DNA of 32,000 nucleotides from Synechococcus sp. A15-28 (GTDB lineage: Bacteria > Cyanobacteriota > Cyanobacteriia > PCC-6307 > Cyanobiaceae). Shown piece after piece: positions 1 to 10,388 of the stretch (position 1 is the stretch's first letter; every line of letters begins with the position of its first letter). The notes beneath the pieces are model-generated. The model was given only the letters and a program-made list of their open reading frames with translations. It ran no database searches and had not been told where the DNA came from. Both the position numbers and the translations under genes were made by a program. The stretch is taken from assembly GCF_014280175.1 (NCBI RefSeq), contig NZ_CP047931.1, positions 600,001 to 632,000 of the forward strand. Reading direction: 5' to 3'.

Positions 1-2
1 CG

Positions 3-92
3 GGAGTGCGTGCTCTTGAACAGTCGGGAGCCCGCTCCGCCTTCATGGAGGCCGTCATCGCCGCTGCCGAGCGCAGCCGGGAGCTCGCTTAA
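3..92 (+). CDS. 3' end of an unidentified upstream gene (partial, truncated by the window edge)
   Basis: Open frame from the window edge to TAA at 90-92 with GC-rich third positions (..GVRALEQSGARSAFMEAVIAAAERSRELA*). It converges on the stop of the next gene. No family recognised. Confidence 0.25.
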   Translation, partial: GVRALEQSGARSAFMEAVIAAAERSRELA

Positions 93-93
93 C

Positions 94-1263
94 TCAGGCG
101 GCCCGTTGGTCGGAGCTGACCAGGGACCCGTAGAGCGCTTCGATGGCGTCGATGTTGCGGCTGATGGTGTAGCGCTCGAGGGCACGCTGACGGGCCCGTC
201 GCCCCAGTTCCGCAGTGAGCACCGGCTGATCCCGCAGCACCGGTAACAGGGTGCGCAGCTGCGTGGTGACCCCCTGGGTGCTCAGAACGATCCCGGCTCC
301 ACCCTCCAAGGCCTCGCCATCCGCACCGGCATCGGTGGCCACGCAGGCGGTGCCGCTGGCCATCGCTTCCAGCAGCGCCAGGGATAACCCCTCAACGAGG
401 CTGGGCAGAACGAAGACCTCGGCGCATTGCAGCAGCGCCACACGGGTGTCCAGATCGGGTTCATAGCCCCACCACAGCACCTCACCATTGCCGAACTGAT
501 TCATCAGTCCGCTACTGAGGGGGCCATCGCCGACGATCACCAGTCGGCATCCGGTTGGTGAGGTGAGTCGCCAGGCCCGCAATAGCGCTTCGACGTTTTT
601 CTCGGTGGCCAGCCGTCCCATGTACAGGAAGATCCGCTGGGATCCCAGCCGTTCGCGCACGCGTTTGAGGGTCAGGTTGCTGGTGCCATGGGTGGCAGGG
701 GCCCAGCGTTCCGTATCCACGCCATTGGGAATGACCACCAGGCGCTGCTCCGGCACACCGAGTCGGACCAGTACATCAGCCTGCAGCTGGGAGAACACGA
801 TCACCCGGTCGTAGCGCGCCAGGGCGGGGGCATACAGCTGATATGTGAGCTGCTGGGTACCGGCGGTGATGTTGCGCAGCCCCGCATCAAAAGGGGGGTG
901 AAAAGTGGCCACCAGTGGCACGCCGAGCTGCTGGCAGAGCTCCGGCAGGCGGAAGTCAAGGGGTGAGAGGGTGAGGCTGGCGTGGACGATGTCCGGCTTC
1001 AGCCGCTCCAGGGAGTCCCTCAGCTCCCGCTGCGCCCCCGGTGAGGGGATCGTGTAAACCTGCGATTTGACCAGATACGGCAGGCTGACGTCCGGGTCAT
1101 TGGCCAGCAATGACGTTCCGCCGCTCTCGGGATTGCGAGGATTGTCGAAATGGATGAAGTGCGTCTGATGCCCCCGCTGACGCAAGGCCTCGGTGGTGCT
1201 GAGGCCGTAGGAGACGTTCCCGCAGAACGGTGTTTTCTTCCCCAGCCAGGCGATCTGCACCAA
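94..1263 (-). CDS. Glycosyltransferase, GT-B fold (GT4 / group 1-like)
   Basis: 389-aa ORF. N-terminus MVQIAWLGKKTPFCGNVSYG and a C-terminal half with ..LYMGRLATEKNVEALL.. and ..PSLVEGLSLALLEAMASGTACVATD.., typical of group-1 glycosyltransferases. The start is TTG/GTG at 1263/1260. Confidence 0.75.
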   Translation of the reverse strand: MVQIAWLGKKTPFCGNVSYGLSTTEALRQRGHQTHFIHFDNPRNPESGGTSLLANDPDVSLPYLVKSQVYTIPSPGAQRELRDSLERLKPDIVHASLTLSPLDFRLPELCQQLGVPLVATFHPPFDAGLRNITAGTQQLTYQLYAPALARYDRVIVFSQLQADVLVRLGVPEQRLVVIPNGVDTERWAPATHGTSNLTLKRVRERLGSQRIFLYMGRLATEKNVEALLRAWRLTSPTGCRLVIVGDGPLSSGLMNQFGNGEVLWWGYEPDLDTRVALLQCAEVFVLPSLVEGLSLALLEAMASGTACVATDAGADGEALEGGAGIVLSTQGVTTQLRTLLPVLRDQPVLTAELGRRARQRALERYTISRNIDAIEALYGSLVSSDQRAA

Positions 1264-1295
1264 GCGCGACTGCCCTCCTCAGGCGGACTGGCAAG

Positions 1296-2702
1296 TTAGC
1301 AGCGCTTCCAGGGGCGTTCGAGCACAGCCGCCACCAGAGCCATCGCAGCCAGAAGCAGCAAGACCGGCTCCAGCCCGACGCTGCTCACCAAGGTGCCGGC
1401 CAGCACCAGAGGAAGGCTCAGGGCGATGTTGATCAGGTTGTTCTGCAGTCCGAACACCCGTCCCCGCTCCCGCTCCGGTGTGTCCTCCTGCAGGGTGGTC
1501 TGGGCCGGTATCGCCACCAGTGCGGCGCCGATCCCCAGAACGGTGCAGAGCAACAGGGTGACTAAAAGGCGACCTTGCAACTGCCCCAGCATCACCAGGA
1601 CGAAGGTGATGGTGGCCAGGCCGGTGGCACCGAGGTGATGACGGCTGATCTGATGGCCCACCTGGGCCGTGACCACGGCCCCGATGGCCATGCCGAGGCC
1701 GCTCATGGCCAGCAGCGTGCCGAAACCGGTTGGACCGAGGCTGTTGATCGAGCCGGCCAGGCTGATGGCCAGCACGTACATGGCGGCCAGCAGGCTGTAC
1801 AGCAACACCAGGTTGCGCATCGCCCGCCGCACCGTCGGGCGTTTCACCAACACCTGCAGCCCCTCTCGGACCTCGTCCAGGATGCCGACATCCCCGGCTT
1901 CCCGGGGCGCTTCGCGCATCTGGATCGTGCTCAGACTCACCGCGGCCAGCCCATAGCAGAAGGGCAGCAGCAGAAACTCACCGCCCGCGAGGCCGATCCG
2001 GAGAAAGGCGCCGTTGAGCAACCTCAGAATCGGCTCCCCCAGGGCGAAGCCCACGATCGTGGCCGCCATGCTGGTGGCCTGGTAAAGGGAATTGGCAGCC
2101 AGCAGAAGGTCCCTCGGCACGAGGAGGGGGATCGCAGCCTGCTCCGCCGGCGCAAAAAACTGGGTCAGAACCGATTCGAAGAAGGTCATCACCAACAGGG
2201 CCCAGTAGCCCCAGCTCAGACCCAGAAACAAGGGGCCTGGCACCAGGCAGAAGGGTGCCAACAGCACCAGCAGGGCACGCATGGCATTGGAGGCCACCAT
2301 CACCCGTCGTTTGGGCCAGCGATCCGCCCAGACGCCGGCCAGCATCCCCAGGAGGATGGCGGGAACCGTGTTGGCCACGTAGATGCCTGTGGCCAGAAGC
2401 GTGATGCGCTCCGCCCGCGTTTCGATGTCCATGCGGATGGCTGACGCCACGTCCGCCAGGGGACCACTGCTGGAGGGATCACTGCTCACCCAGTACTGGG
2501 CGATCAGGAACACCATCAGCACGATGTAGAACTTGTCCGCCAGCTGGGAGAAGATCTGCCCCAGCCACAGCCGCCGGAAGCCGTCCAGACGGATCACCGC
2601 CTGCAGACCTCTCCGGCTGGTGTCTGGAGCGCTGGTTGCGGATCCGCTCAACTGTTCCCTGCGTCGGCGCCATGTTGGCTTACCTTCGTCGCCGTGACGC
2701 AC
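1296..2702 (-). CDS. MFS-type transporter (about 12 predicted TM helices)
   Basis: Long hydrophobic ORF with an N-terminal ..FRRLWLGQIFSQLADKF.. motif typical of MFS_3-like exporters. The longest ORF overlaps recO by 55 nt. More likely starts are TTG at 2651 (TTGA overlap with the recO stop) or GTG at 2597. Confidence 0.75.
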   Translation of the reverse strand: MRHGDEGKPTWRRRREQLSGSATSAPDTSRRGLQAVIRLDGFRRLWLGQIFSQLADKFYIVLMVFLIAQYWVSSDPSSSGPLADVASAIRMDIETRAERITLLATGIYVANTVPAILLGMLAGVWADRWPKRRVMVASNAMRALLVLLAPFCLVPGPLFLGLSWGYWALLVMTFFESVLTQFFAPAEQAAIPLLVPRDLLLAANSLYQATSMAATIVGFALGEPILRLLNGAFLRIGLAGGEFLLLPFCYGLAAVSLSTIQMREAPREAGDVGILDEVREGLQVLVKRPTVRRAMRNLVLLYSLLAAMYVLAISLAGSINSLGPTGFGTLLAMSGLGMAIGAVVTAQVGHQISRHHLGATGLATITFVLVMLGQLQGRLLVTLLLCTVLGIGAALVAIPAQTTLQEDTPERERGRVFGLQNNLINIALSLPLVLAGTLVSSVGLEPVLLLLAAMALVAAVLERPWKRC

Positions 2703-3454
2703 TCCCGCAGCATCGCCAGGGCAGGGTTCCCCCGTTGCAGATGGGTTCGGATCCAGATCTCGACCACGCCAAGCAATCGCAGCCAGACCGAGCGCGGCCC
2801 CATCAGCTGCCCATCGCGGCGGCGAGGCAGATCGGCACGGGTCAGCCGTTGCAGCAGGGCCAGTTCCGAAGGATTGAGGCTCATCGCCGCTCCGGGCTGC
2901 CGATCAATGGCGAAGCCGTCCATCGGCAGAAGGCTGCAGCGCCACTCCCACATCCCGATGGGAGGTTCGAGCGGGGCACCACTGAGGCAGCAGCTCTGCA
3001 GCGGCAGGCTGTATCCCCCCAGGGTCAGCAGATGGATGGCCCCCTGCACGCTGCTGGCCAGCACCTCATCCAGGCAGTCGCTGCGTTGGTCCAACCGTTC
3101 CAGGTGCAGTTGGAGTGTGGCGAGCAGTCCCTCCACGGGATCTTCCCCCGCCAGCTGCAGGCAGAGATCACAGAAGGCCTGAGCGGCGGACAGGGTCTCC
3201 AGCTGGCGGCCGAGACCGGCATGGCTGTGAAGCACCCGCAGCTGGCGAACGCGGGCCAGCCCACTGCGACCGCCCACCTGCAATTCCAGCAGGGTCAGAG
3301 GCGCGGCGGCCGCCAGGCTGCTTTTCGGCCGCCGCGCACCGGGAACGGCCACGCGGGTCACCCCTTCCGCATCGCTGAGCAGGCTCAACAGCCGATCGTG
3401 CTCGCCGAGGGGGCCCACCTTTAAGGCCAACCCCACCAGGGTACGTTCAGCCAT
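2648..3454 (-). CDS. recO: DNA repair protein RecO
   Basis: 268 aa. N-terminal OB-fold signature MAERTLVGLALKVGPLGEHDRLLSLLSDAEGVTRVAVPGARRPKS.. matches RecO. It abuts the deoC stop directly (3454/3455). Confidence 0.8.
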   Translation of the reverse strand: MAERTLVGLALKVGPLGEHDRLLSLLSDAEGVTRVAVPGARRPKSSLAAAAPLTLLELQVGGRSGLARVRQLRVLHSHAGLGRQLETLSAAQAFCDLCLQLAGEDPVEGLLATLQLHLERLDQRSDCLDEVLASSVQGAIHLLTLGGYSLPLQSCCLSGAPLEPPIGMWEWRCSLLPMDGFAIDRQPGAAMSLNPSELALLQRLTRADLPRRRDGQLMGPRSVWLRLLGVVEIWIRTHLQRGNPALAMLRECVTATKVSQHGADAGNS

Positions 3455-4132
3455 TCAGGCGATCGGTCGCCGCAGGGCTTGCAGCAGTTCGGGGGCGCTG
3501 CTGGTGCCGAGCAGAGCGGCACCGGCCTCGAGCAGTTCCAGGGCCAGCTCGGGTTGATGAATCCCACCGGCGGCCTTGATGGCGCAGCGGCCGCGGCACA
3601 ACCCGGAGAGAACAGCGATATCTGCCGCTTGGCAGGGAGGACCGAAGCCATTGCCGCTCTGCACCCCTGTGGCGCCGGCATCGATGGAGGCTTCCACAGC
3701 GGTCGCCAGGAGCTCCTCCGGCAACCGGGCCATGTCCAGCACCACCCGCACCGGCAGTCCCAGGCCGGTGATGGCCGCTAGATCCTCGGCAAATCCGCCG
3801 CTGTCCCCCGTTACCAAGGCACTGAAATCCGGAACCACGTCCAGTTCATCGGCGCCATGGGCCGCAGCCCATGTCGCTTCCGCCAACCGCAGTTGCGCAG
3901 GGAGAGCACCAAAGGGGAAGCCGATGGCGGCGATCAGCTGCGGTCCTCCCTGGCCCCCCAGCCGCTCCCGCAACACGGGAAGCTGTCGCAGGCTGGTGCA
4001 GATCGCCCGCACGCGTTCCTGCCGCCCCGCATCGCAGCGTTCGTGCAGCTGCTCCACGGTGAGCAGGGGATCCAGCACCGCCTGGTCCAGACAGGAAGGC
4101 AGGTCGGATTGATCCTGCCGTGGGTCAGCCAT
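3455..4132 (-). CDS. deoC: Deoxyribose-phosphate aldolase-like (DeoC/LacD family)
   Basis: 225 aa. ..DELDVVPDFSAL.., ..VRVVLDMARL.. and the Schiff-base lysine context ..CAIKAAGGI.. are typical of class I DERA. Confidence 0.7.
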   Translation of the reverse strand: MADPRQDQSDLPSCLDQAVLDPLLTVEQLHERCDAGRQERVRAICTSLRQLPVLRERLGGQGGPQLIAAIGFPFGALPAQLRLAEATWAAAHGADELDVVPDFSALVTGDSGGFAEDLAAITGLGLPVRVVLDMARLPEELLATAVEASIDAGATGVQSGNGFGPPCQAADIAVLSGLCRGRCAIKAAGGIHQPELALELLEAGAALLGTSSAPELLQALRRPIA

Positions 4133-4146
4133 GGATGCCGGTGACG

Positions 4147-4728
4147 TCAGCCTCGAGCCTGAATCACGCCGTAGCCGCCATGGTTGCGGCGGTAGATCAC
4201 CTGGAGTTGATCGCTGTCCTTGTCGCGGAACAGGTAGAAGTCGTGGTCGATCAGGTCCAGTTGGCGCCGGGCCTCATCCAGGCTCATCGGCGGCATGGCG
4301 AAGTACTTGCGACGCACACCGGGGTCGGGCAGCTCAGCTTCACGGCCCTGCAACAGCGACCCTTCCACCTGGCTGTCGTCGGCGACGGCCTCCGTGGTGG
4401 GGGTGGTGCTGGCGCTGTGGCCGTGGTGGTGATCGCTGTGACGCTCCTTCCAGCGCCGCAGTTGACGCGCCAGCTTGCCGGCCGCCAGGTCGATGCTGGC
4501 GTAAAGGTTTTCGCTGCGTTCCTGGGCCCGGATCACGGTGCCATTGGCAAACACCGTGACCTCAGCGGTCTGTTGCGGAACCCTGGGATTGCGGGCGACA
4601 GAAAGATGCACGTCCGCCTCGCGGACGGCATCGCCGAAATGGTGGGTGGCCCGTTCGAGTTTGGTCTGGGTGTAATCCCTCAGGGCCGGCGTGATCTCGA
4701 GGTTGCGACCATGGATCAGCAATTTCAT
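4147..4728 (-). CDS. hpf: Ribosome hibernation promoting factor, long form (light-repressed protein A type)
   Basis: [27 protein letters not shown].. S30AE N-domain plus the C-terminal dimerisation domain ..[47 protein letters not shown]. Confidence 0.9.
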   Translation of the reverse strand: MKLLIHGRNLEITPALRDYTQTKLERATHHFGDAVREADVHLSVARNPRVPQQTAEVTVFANGTVIRAQERSENLYASIDLAAGKLARQLRRWKERHSDHHHGHSASTTPTTEAVADDSQVEGSLLQGREAELPDPGVRRKYFAMPPMSLDEARRQLDLIDHDFYLFRDKDSDQLQVIYRRNHGGYGVIQARG

Positions 4729-4739
4729 GCCTCGCTCCT

Positions 4740-5435
4740 GTGCCGGTTGATATCGGCAAACTAGTTACGCCTGTCGATTCGGCACACCCCGGCTCCGCAA
4801 TTCTTGTTGAGCCCACCCAGCCGCTGCCCTTCCAGCGGGCCTGGACCGACCAACGCCAATGGCAGCAGCGTCTTCTGGAGAATCCAGAGCTGCCGGAGGC
4901 GGTGTGGTTGCTGCAGCACGAGGCCTGCTACACCCTGGGCCGCGGTGCCAGCAGCGACCATCTGCATTTCCCGCAGGATCACCCTCCCGCGCCGGTGCAT
5001 CGAATCGACCGTGGTGGTGAGGTGACCCATCACCTGCCTGGCCAGTTGGTGGCCTATCCCGTCCTGGATCTGCGGCGCCGTCAGCCCGACCTGCACTGGT
5101 ACCTGCGCCAGTTGGAGCAGGTGTTGATCGATGTCCTGGCGCAGCTCGACCTGCAGGGGGAGCGCCTGCCGGGTCTGACGGGCCTCTGGCTGGACAACCG
5201 CAAGGTGGCGGCCATTGGTGTGGGCTGTCGCCGCTGGATCACCCAGCACGGCCTGGCCCTGAACATCGATTGCGATCTGGCGGGCTTTGATCAGGTCACC
5301 CCCTGTGGCCTGACAGGTCGGGCGGTGGGACGCCTGGCGGACTGGATCCCGGGGTTGAGCCTCGCTGAGGTGCAGCCGCTGCTGCGGGATGCCCTGGCTT
5401 CCCGCTTCCACCTGGCCTGGTGCGATGAAGCGTGA
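4740..5435 (+). CDS. lipB: Octanoyltransferase (lipoyl(octanoyl) transferase) LipB
   Basis: ..[17 protein letters not shown].., ..[21 protein letters not shown].. and ..[22 protein letters not shown].. are LipB motifs. The GTG start at 4740 lies only 11 nt from the divergent hpf start, so the true start may be a little downstream. Confidence 0.85.
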   Translation: MPVDIGKLVTPVDSAHPGSAILVEPTQPLPFQRAWTDQRQWQQRLLENPELPEAVWLLQHEACYTLGRGASSDHLHFPQDHPPAPVHRIDRGGEVTHHLPGQLVAYPVLDLRRRQPDLHWYLRQLEQVLIDVLAQLDLQGERLPGLTGLWLDNRKVAAIGVGCRRWITQHGLALNIDCDLAGFDQVTPCGLTGRAVGRLADWIPGLSLAEVQPLLRDALASRFHLAWCDEA

Positions 5436-5465
5436 TAGGCAAGTGCCATTGGATGCAGGTGTTGG

Positions 5466-7379
5466 ATGACCGCCAGCTGGACGCCCTCGGCCTGTGAACA
5501 GGAGGCCCTGCAGAGCCATGGCCACATTCAGGGGCTGGAGCGGGTGGATGCGGTCTGGCCCTGGCTGGCGGCAGAACACGGGACCATCACGGCCGTCGAT
5601 GCCCCCCACGCCGCCCATCCCGAGCGCTTCAGCTTCGCCGAACTGGAGCAGAGGATTGCCACGGCGGCGGCGGCTTTCCGACGCCAGGGGGTGCAGCCGG
5701 GAGATGTGGTGGCCCTGTTTGCGGAGAACAGTCCCCGCTGGCTGGTGGCAGACCAGGGTCTGATGCGTTGCGGGGCCGCCGATGCGGTGCGCGGCGCCTC
5801 GGCTCCTGTCGAGGAACTTCGCTACATCCTCGAGGACTGCAACGCCACAGCCCTGGTGGTGCAGAACGCGGATCTATGGCGCCGCCTGGATCTGACGGCG
5901 TCGCAGCGCCAGCGTCTCCGACTGGTCCTGCAGTTGGAGGGGGAGCCGGCAGAGGGCGTTCTCGGCTGGGAGGCCTTTCTCGCGTCCGGTGCCGGGCAGC
6001 AGACGGTGACCGCGTCAAGGGATCGCAGGGCCATCGCCACTGTTCTCTACACCTCCGGCACCACCGGTCAGCCCAAGGGTGTTCCCCTCACCCACGCCAA
6101 TCTCCTGCATCAGATGCAGTCTCTGGCCTGTGTGGCCCACCCCAAGCCCGGTTCCCCGGTGCTGAGCGTGCTGCCGATCTGGCACGCCTACGAGCGCAGT
6201 GCCAGCTATTACTTCCTGTCCTGTGCCTGCACGCAGACCTACACCACGATCAAGCAGCTGAAGAAGGACCTGCCGCGAGTCAAACCGATCGCTATGGCCA
6301 CCGTGCCGCGGTTGTGGGAGTCGGTGCAGGCCGGTTTCGAGGATGTGCTGAAAACCTTCCCTGCCTCCCGTCAGCGTCTGCTTCGGGCCGCTCTGGCCAA
6401 CAGCGCGGCCCAGCGCAAGGCTCTGCGGACGGCTCGGAATCTGCTGCTCCAACAGGTGAGCCTGAGCGGCCGCATCACGGCTGCAGCCACTGCAGTTCTG
6501 CGCTGGCCCCTGCATGCCCTGGCGTCAGCGCTGATCTGGCCGAAGCTGCGGCTGCAGCTCAGTGGCGGCCAGCTGGCCTACCCCATCAGCGGTGGTGGTG
6601 CCATTGCGCCCCATATCGACGCTTTCTTCGAGGCGGTGGGGATCGAGCTGCTGGTGGGCTATGGCCTGACGGAAACCAGTCCGGTGGTGAGCTGCCGCAG
6701 GCCCTGGCGCAACATCCGCGGCAGTTCTGGGCTGCCGATGCCGGACACGGAGTTCCGCATCGTGGATTCTGAATCGGGGGTGGCCCTCGGTTTCCGCGAA
6801 CAGGGTCGGGTGCTCGTGCGTGGCCCCCAGGTGATGGGGGGGTACCTGGGCAAGCCTGAGGCGAGTTCCAAGGTGCTCAGCGCCGACGGTTGGTTCGATA
6901 CCGGCGATCTGGGCATGCTGCTGCCCGACGGGTCGGTGGCGCTGACAGGCCGTGCCAAGGACACCATTGTGTTGAGCAGTGGGGAGAACATCGAACCGGG
7001 CCCCCTGGAGGAGGCCCTGGTGGCCAGTCCATTGATCGAGCAGGTGATGCTGGTGGGGCAGGACGAACGTCAGCTCGGAGCGTTGCTGGTTCCGCGGGTG
7101 GAACCGATCCGAGCCTGGGCCATGGGACAGGGCTTTGCCGTGGCGGAGGACCTTGGAGGACGACCGGGTGAGCCCGCGTTGCTGAACCTGCTCATGCGGG
7201 AGTGCAACCGCATGCTGCGGCTGCGGCCCGGGGCCCGTGGAGACGAGCGTTTGTGCGGTGTTGGCCTGGTGGAGCCGTTCAGCATCGACAACGGCCTGCT
7301 GACCCAGACCTTGAAACAGCGGCGGGACCGCATCGGCCGCCGCGACGCGGCGGTGATTCAGTGGATCTATGGGCGTTGA
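5466..7379 (+). CDS. AMP-forming long-chain acyl-CoA / acyl-ACP synthetase (ANL superfamily)
   Basis: 637 aa with the AMP-binding motifs LYTSGTTGQPKGV, GYGLTETS and TGDLG. Its size and layout match the cyanobacterial Aas-type enzymes. Confidence 0.85.
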   Translation: MTASWTPSACEQEALQSHGHIQGLERVDAVWPWLAAEHGTITAVDAPHAAHPERFSFAELEQRIATAAAAFRRQGVQPGDVVALFAENSPRWLVADQGLMRCGAADAVRGASAPVEELRYILEDCNATALVVQNADLWRRLDLTASQRQRLRLVLQLEGEPAEGVLGWEAFLASGAGQQTVTASRDRRAIATVLYTSGTTGQPKGVPLTHANLLHQMQSLACVAHPKPGSPVLSVLPIWHAYERSASYYFLSCACTQTYTTIKQLKKDLPRVKPIAMATVPRLWESVQAGFEDVLKTFPASRQRLLRAALANSAAQRKALRTARNLLLQQVSLSGRITAAATAVLRWPLHALASALIWPKLRLQLSGGQLAYPISGGGAIAPHIDAFFEAVGIELLVGYGLTETSPVVSCRRPWRNIRGSSGLPMPDTEFRIVDSESGVALGFREQGRVLVRGPQVMGGYLGKPEASSKVLSADGWFDTGDLGMLLPDGSVALTGRAKDTIVLSSGENIEPGPLEEALVASPLIEQVMLVGQDERQLGALLVPRVEPIRAWAMGQGFAVAEDLGGRPGEPALLNLLMRECNRMLRLRPGARGDERLCGVGLVEPFSIDNGLLTQTLKQRRDRIGRRDAAVIQWIYGR

Positions 7380-7451
7380 ACCACGTTCGGTTCCCCGGTG
7401 ATTGACCCCAGCGGTCTGGACTGAGACGCTGGCTGCCACTTTCACAGCACC

Positions 7452-7895
7452 ATGTCCGACGGCACCATCCTCACGATCAAGCGTCCGATCACGGTGCGTG
7501 CCGTCGTGACGCCCACCTGGAAGGAGGAGGCTGAGCGCGAGATCAGCAACGGCATCGCCAACGCCGATCAGCAGCTGGCACAGCTGGAACAGGAAGGTCA
7601 GACCGTGGTGGACCAGGTGCGGCGTCAGAGCGCCAATCCCCTTGACCCACGGGTGCAGGAGCAGGTGGCCAACATCCAGCAGCAGGTGGCTGGCAAGCGA
7701 TCAGAGCTTGAAGAGCAGAAGCGCAACCTGCTGCAGCAGCAGGCTCAGGTGCGTGAACTGGAGATGGACCAGATCGTGGAGCAGGGCCAGCTGGAAAGCA
7801 GCTGCGAGATCAAGCTCGGCGACAACCTGGTTCAGAAGATGCAGGTGGCGATCGTCGTCAAGGACGGCGTGATCCAGTCGATCGAAGAGGCCTGA
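7452..7895 (+). CDS. YlqD-like small coiled-coil protein
   Basis: 147 aa. ..IKRPITVRAVVTPTWKEEAEREI.. is followed by a Gln/Glu-rich coiled coil and ..IKLGDNLVQKMQVAIVVKDGVI.. Assigned from memory of the YlqD family pattern. Confidence 0.5.
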   Translation: MSDGTILTIKRPITVRAVVTPTWKEEAEREISNGIANADQQLAQLEQEGQTVVDQVRRQSANPLDPRVQEQVANIQQQVAGKRSELEEQKRNLLQQQAQVRELEMDQIVEQGQLESSCEIKLGDNLVQKMQVAIVVKDGVIQSIEEA

Positions 7896-7950
7896 AGCCG
7901 CTTCTCAGCTGACTCGTAAACTCCCCTGATCTGCCTTCTCGGAGACGGTT

Positions 7951-9285
7951 TTGGCAACCCACGACATCTTCATGCCTGCCCTTAGCTCCACCATGACGGA
8001 GGGCAAGATCGTGGAGTGGCTGAAGCAACCGGGCGACAAGGTCGGTCGGGGGGAATCTGTTCTGGTGGTGGAGTCGGATAAAGCCGACATGGATGTGGAG
8101 TCGTTTCAGGACGGCTACCTGGCCGCTGTTCTGATGCCCGCCGGCAGCACGGCCCCAGTCGGTGAAACGATCGGACTGATCGTGGAGACCGAGGCGGAGA
8201 TTGCTGACGCCAAGGCGAAGGCCCCCAGCACGGCGCCTGCAGCTGCATCCCCTGCTCCCACTCCTGCCCCGGCAGCTGTGCAGGCGCCGGCCCCGACACC
8301 AGCTCCGACACCAGTCCCAGCGGCACCGGCGCCTGTTGCAGCTGCTGTTCCCCCCGCAGCGCCGGTGGCGAACGGGCGCATTGTGGCCAGCCCCCGCGCC
8401 AAGAAGTTGGCCACCCAGATGGGTGTGGACCTCAGCACCGTGCGCGGCAGCGGTCCCCACGGCCGTATCCAGGCTGAGGACGTGCAACAAGCAGGCGGAC
8501 AGCCCATCTCTGTCCCCAGGGTTGCCGAGGGTGCCGCCCCCGCTCTTTCCAGCAGCGCAGTCCCAGCTGCTGCAGCTCCCAGTGCACCGGCGGGCAACAG
8601 CTTCGGGCGTCCCGGCGACACCGTTGCCTTCAACACCCTTCAGGCTGCGGTGAACCGGAACATGGAGGCGAGCCTCGCTGTTCCTTGTTTCCGAGTCGGT
8701 TACACCATCACCACCGACAAGCTGGATGCGTTCTCCAAGTTGGTGAAACCCAAGGACGTCACGATGACGGCGTTGCTGGCCAAGGCCGTTGCCGTCACCC
8801 TGGCGCGCCACCCTCAGGTGAATGCCGCCACCACCGCGGCCGGCATGGCCTACCCCGCTGATGTGAACGTGGCCATCGCTGTGGCCATGGAGGACGGCGG
8901 TCTGATCACCCCCGTGCTGCGCAATGCCGACCGCACGGATCTCTATGAGATGTCGCGTCAGTGGAAAGATCTGGTGAAGCGCTCGCGCAGCAAGCAGCTG
9001 CAGCCCGAGGAATACAGCACCGGAACCTTCACTTTGTCGAACCTGGGCATGTTCGGCGTGGATCGCTTTGACGCAATTCTTCCTCCAGGCACAGGCGCGA
9101 TCCTTGCGGTGGCGGCCTCCCGCCCAACCGTGGTTGCAGGCAAGGATGGTTCCATTGCCGTGAAACAGCAGATGCAGGTGAACCTCACCGCTGATCACCG
9201 GGTGATCTACGGCGCTGACGGCGCCGCCTTCCTCAAGGATCTGGCGGAGTTGATCGAACATCGCCCTGAAAGCCTGGCGCTCTGA
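7951..9285 (+). CDS. pdhC: Pyruvate dehydrogenase E2, dihydrolipoamide acetyltransferase
   Basis: Lipoyl domain (..[14 protein letters not shown]..), an Ala/Pro-rich linker, an E3-binding segment (..[16 protein letters not shown]..) and the catalytic ..[14 protein letters not shown].. The TTG start at 7951 is preceded by GGAG at 7941-7944. Confidence 0.9.
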   Translation: MATHDIFMPALSSTMTEGKIVEWLKQPGDKVGRGESVLVVESDKADMDVESFQDGYLAAVLMPAGSTAPVGETIGLIVETEAEIADAKAKAPSTAPAAASPAPTPAPAAVQAPAPTPAPTPVPAAPAPVAAAVPPAAPVANGRIVASPRAKKLATQMGVDLSTVRGSGPHGRIQAEDVQQAGGQPISVPRVAEGAAPALSSSAVPAAAAPSAPAGNSFGRPGDTVAFNTLQAAVNRNMEASLAVPCFRVGYTITTDKLDAFSKLVKPKDVTMTALLAKAVAVTLARHPQVNAATTAAGMAYPADVNVAIAVAMEDGGLITPVLRNADRTDLYEMSRQWKDLVKRSRSKQLQPEEYSTGTFTLSNLGMFGVDRFDAILPPGTGAILAVAASRPTVVAGKDGSIAVKQQMQVNLTADHRVIYGADGAAFLKDLAELIEHRPESLAL

Positions 9286-9290
9286 TCGCG

Positions 9291-10388
9291 GTGCCCGATC
9301 CCAGGGATCTGCAGCTCAGCAGTTACGACTACCGGCTGCCGCAGGAGCGGATCGCCCAGGCTCCGGCCGAACCACGCCACAGCGCTCGGCTTCTGATGGT
9401 GCCCCAGGCGACCCAGGGGCTCGATGAAGCCAGGCACGGGACGGTCTGGGATCTGCTGGAGGAATTGCAGCCTGGCGATCTTCTGGTGGTGAACGACACC
9501 CGGGTGCTCAAGGCACGGTTGAAGGTGCGTCGCTCCGGTGGTGGGCTGTCGGAGCTGTTGGTGCTGGAGCCCCGCGGGGAGGGGCGTTGGCTTTGCCTGG
9601 CACGACCGGCGAAGCGCATGCGGCCCGGCGATGTGCTCAGCATCGATGGCACCTCGATCAGCCTGACGGTGCTGGATGAGGATGCCGCCAGTGGGGGGCG
9701 TTTGGTCCAGTTCCCGACGGACTGCCGAGATGCGGAGACAATCGAGAGGCTGCTGAATCAGTGGGGCGAGGTTCCACTCCCCCCTTACATCGACCGGCAC
9801 GACCCCGACGATGCTGATCGCTATCAGACTCGCTACGCCGACCGACCTGGCGCGGTTGCGGCACCAACGGCGGGTTTGCATTTCAGCGATGAACTGCTGG
9901 CCGGTCTCCAGCGCAAGGGAGTGGACCTGGCACGCATCACTCTTCACGTGGGACTCGGTACGTTCCGCCCCGTGGAGACGGAAGATCTCACCCAACTGGA
10001 ACTGCACAGCGAGTGGATCGAGGTCAGTGCGGCGGTGGTGGAGGCCATCCAGCGGTGTCCGGGCCGGGTCATTGCCGTCGGCACCACCTGTGTGCGGGCT
10101 CTGGAGGGGGCGGCTCAACAGAACGGTGGAGTTCTGCAACCGCTCACGGGGCCCGTCAACCTCGTGATTCAGCCGGGCTATCGCTTTCGGGTGGTGCAGG
10201 GTCTGGTCACTAACTTCCACTTACCGAAGAGTTCGTTGTTGCTGTTGGTAAGCGCCTTGATTGGACGGGAAAAGTTACTGCGTTTGTATGACGAAGCAAT
10301 TCAAAAGCAGTATCGATTTTTTTCTTATGGCGATGCGATGTGGATTCCACGGGAAGCGATTCTGCAATCAGCTCAGCTGATTCCATAA
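9291..10388 (+). CDS. queA: S-adenosylmethionine:tRNA ribosyltransferase-isomerase QueA
   Basis: 365 aa. ..[12 protein letters not shown].., ..TAGLHF.., ..[16 protein letters not shown].. and ..[12 protein letters not shown] are QueA signatures. The last ~180 nt are AT-rich, unlike the rest of the gene. Confidence 0.9.
   Translation: MPDPRDLQLSSYDYRLPQERIAQAPAEPRHSARLLMVPQATQGLDEARHGTVWDLLEELQPGDLLVVNDTRVLKARLKVRRSGGGLSELLVLEPRGEGRWLCLARPAKRMRPGDVLSIDGTSISLTVLDEDAASGGRLVQFPTDCRDAETIERLLNQWGEVPLPPYIDRHDPDDADRYQTRYADRPGAVAAPTAGLHFSDELLAGLQRKGVDLARITLHVGLGTFRPVETEDLTQLELHSEWIEVSAAVVEAIQRCPGRVIAVGTTCVRALEGAAQQNGGVLQPLTGPVNLVIQPGYRFRVVQGLVTNFHLPKSSLLLLVSALIGREKLLRLYDEAIQKQYRFFSYGDAMWIPREAILQSAQLIP

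Noticed and set aside
4417-4440. His-rich tract (HSDHHHGH) in HPF as a possible metal-binding feature.
   Set aside because: It sits in the variable linker between the two HPF domains. I have no evidence that it is more than low-complexity linker sequence.
8200-8400. Repetitive Ala/Pro-rich, GC-rich tract that might be a tandem repeat or a CRISPR-like array.
   Set aside because: It lies in frame inside pdhC and encodes the flexible (AP)n linker between the lipoyl and E3-binding domains of E2 acyltransferases. There is no repeat-spacer periodicity.
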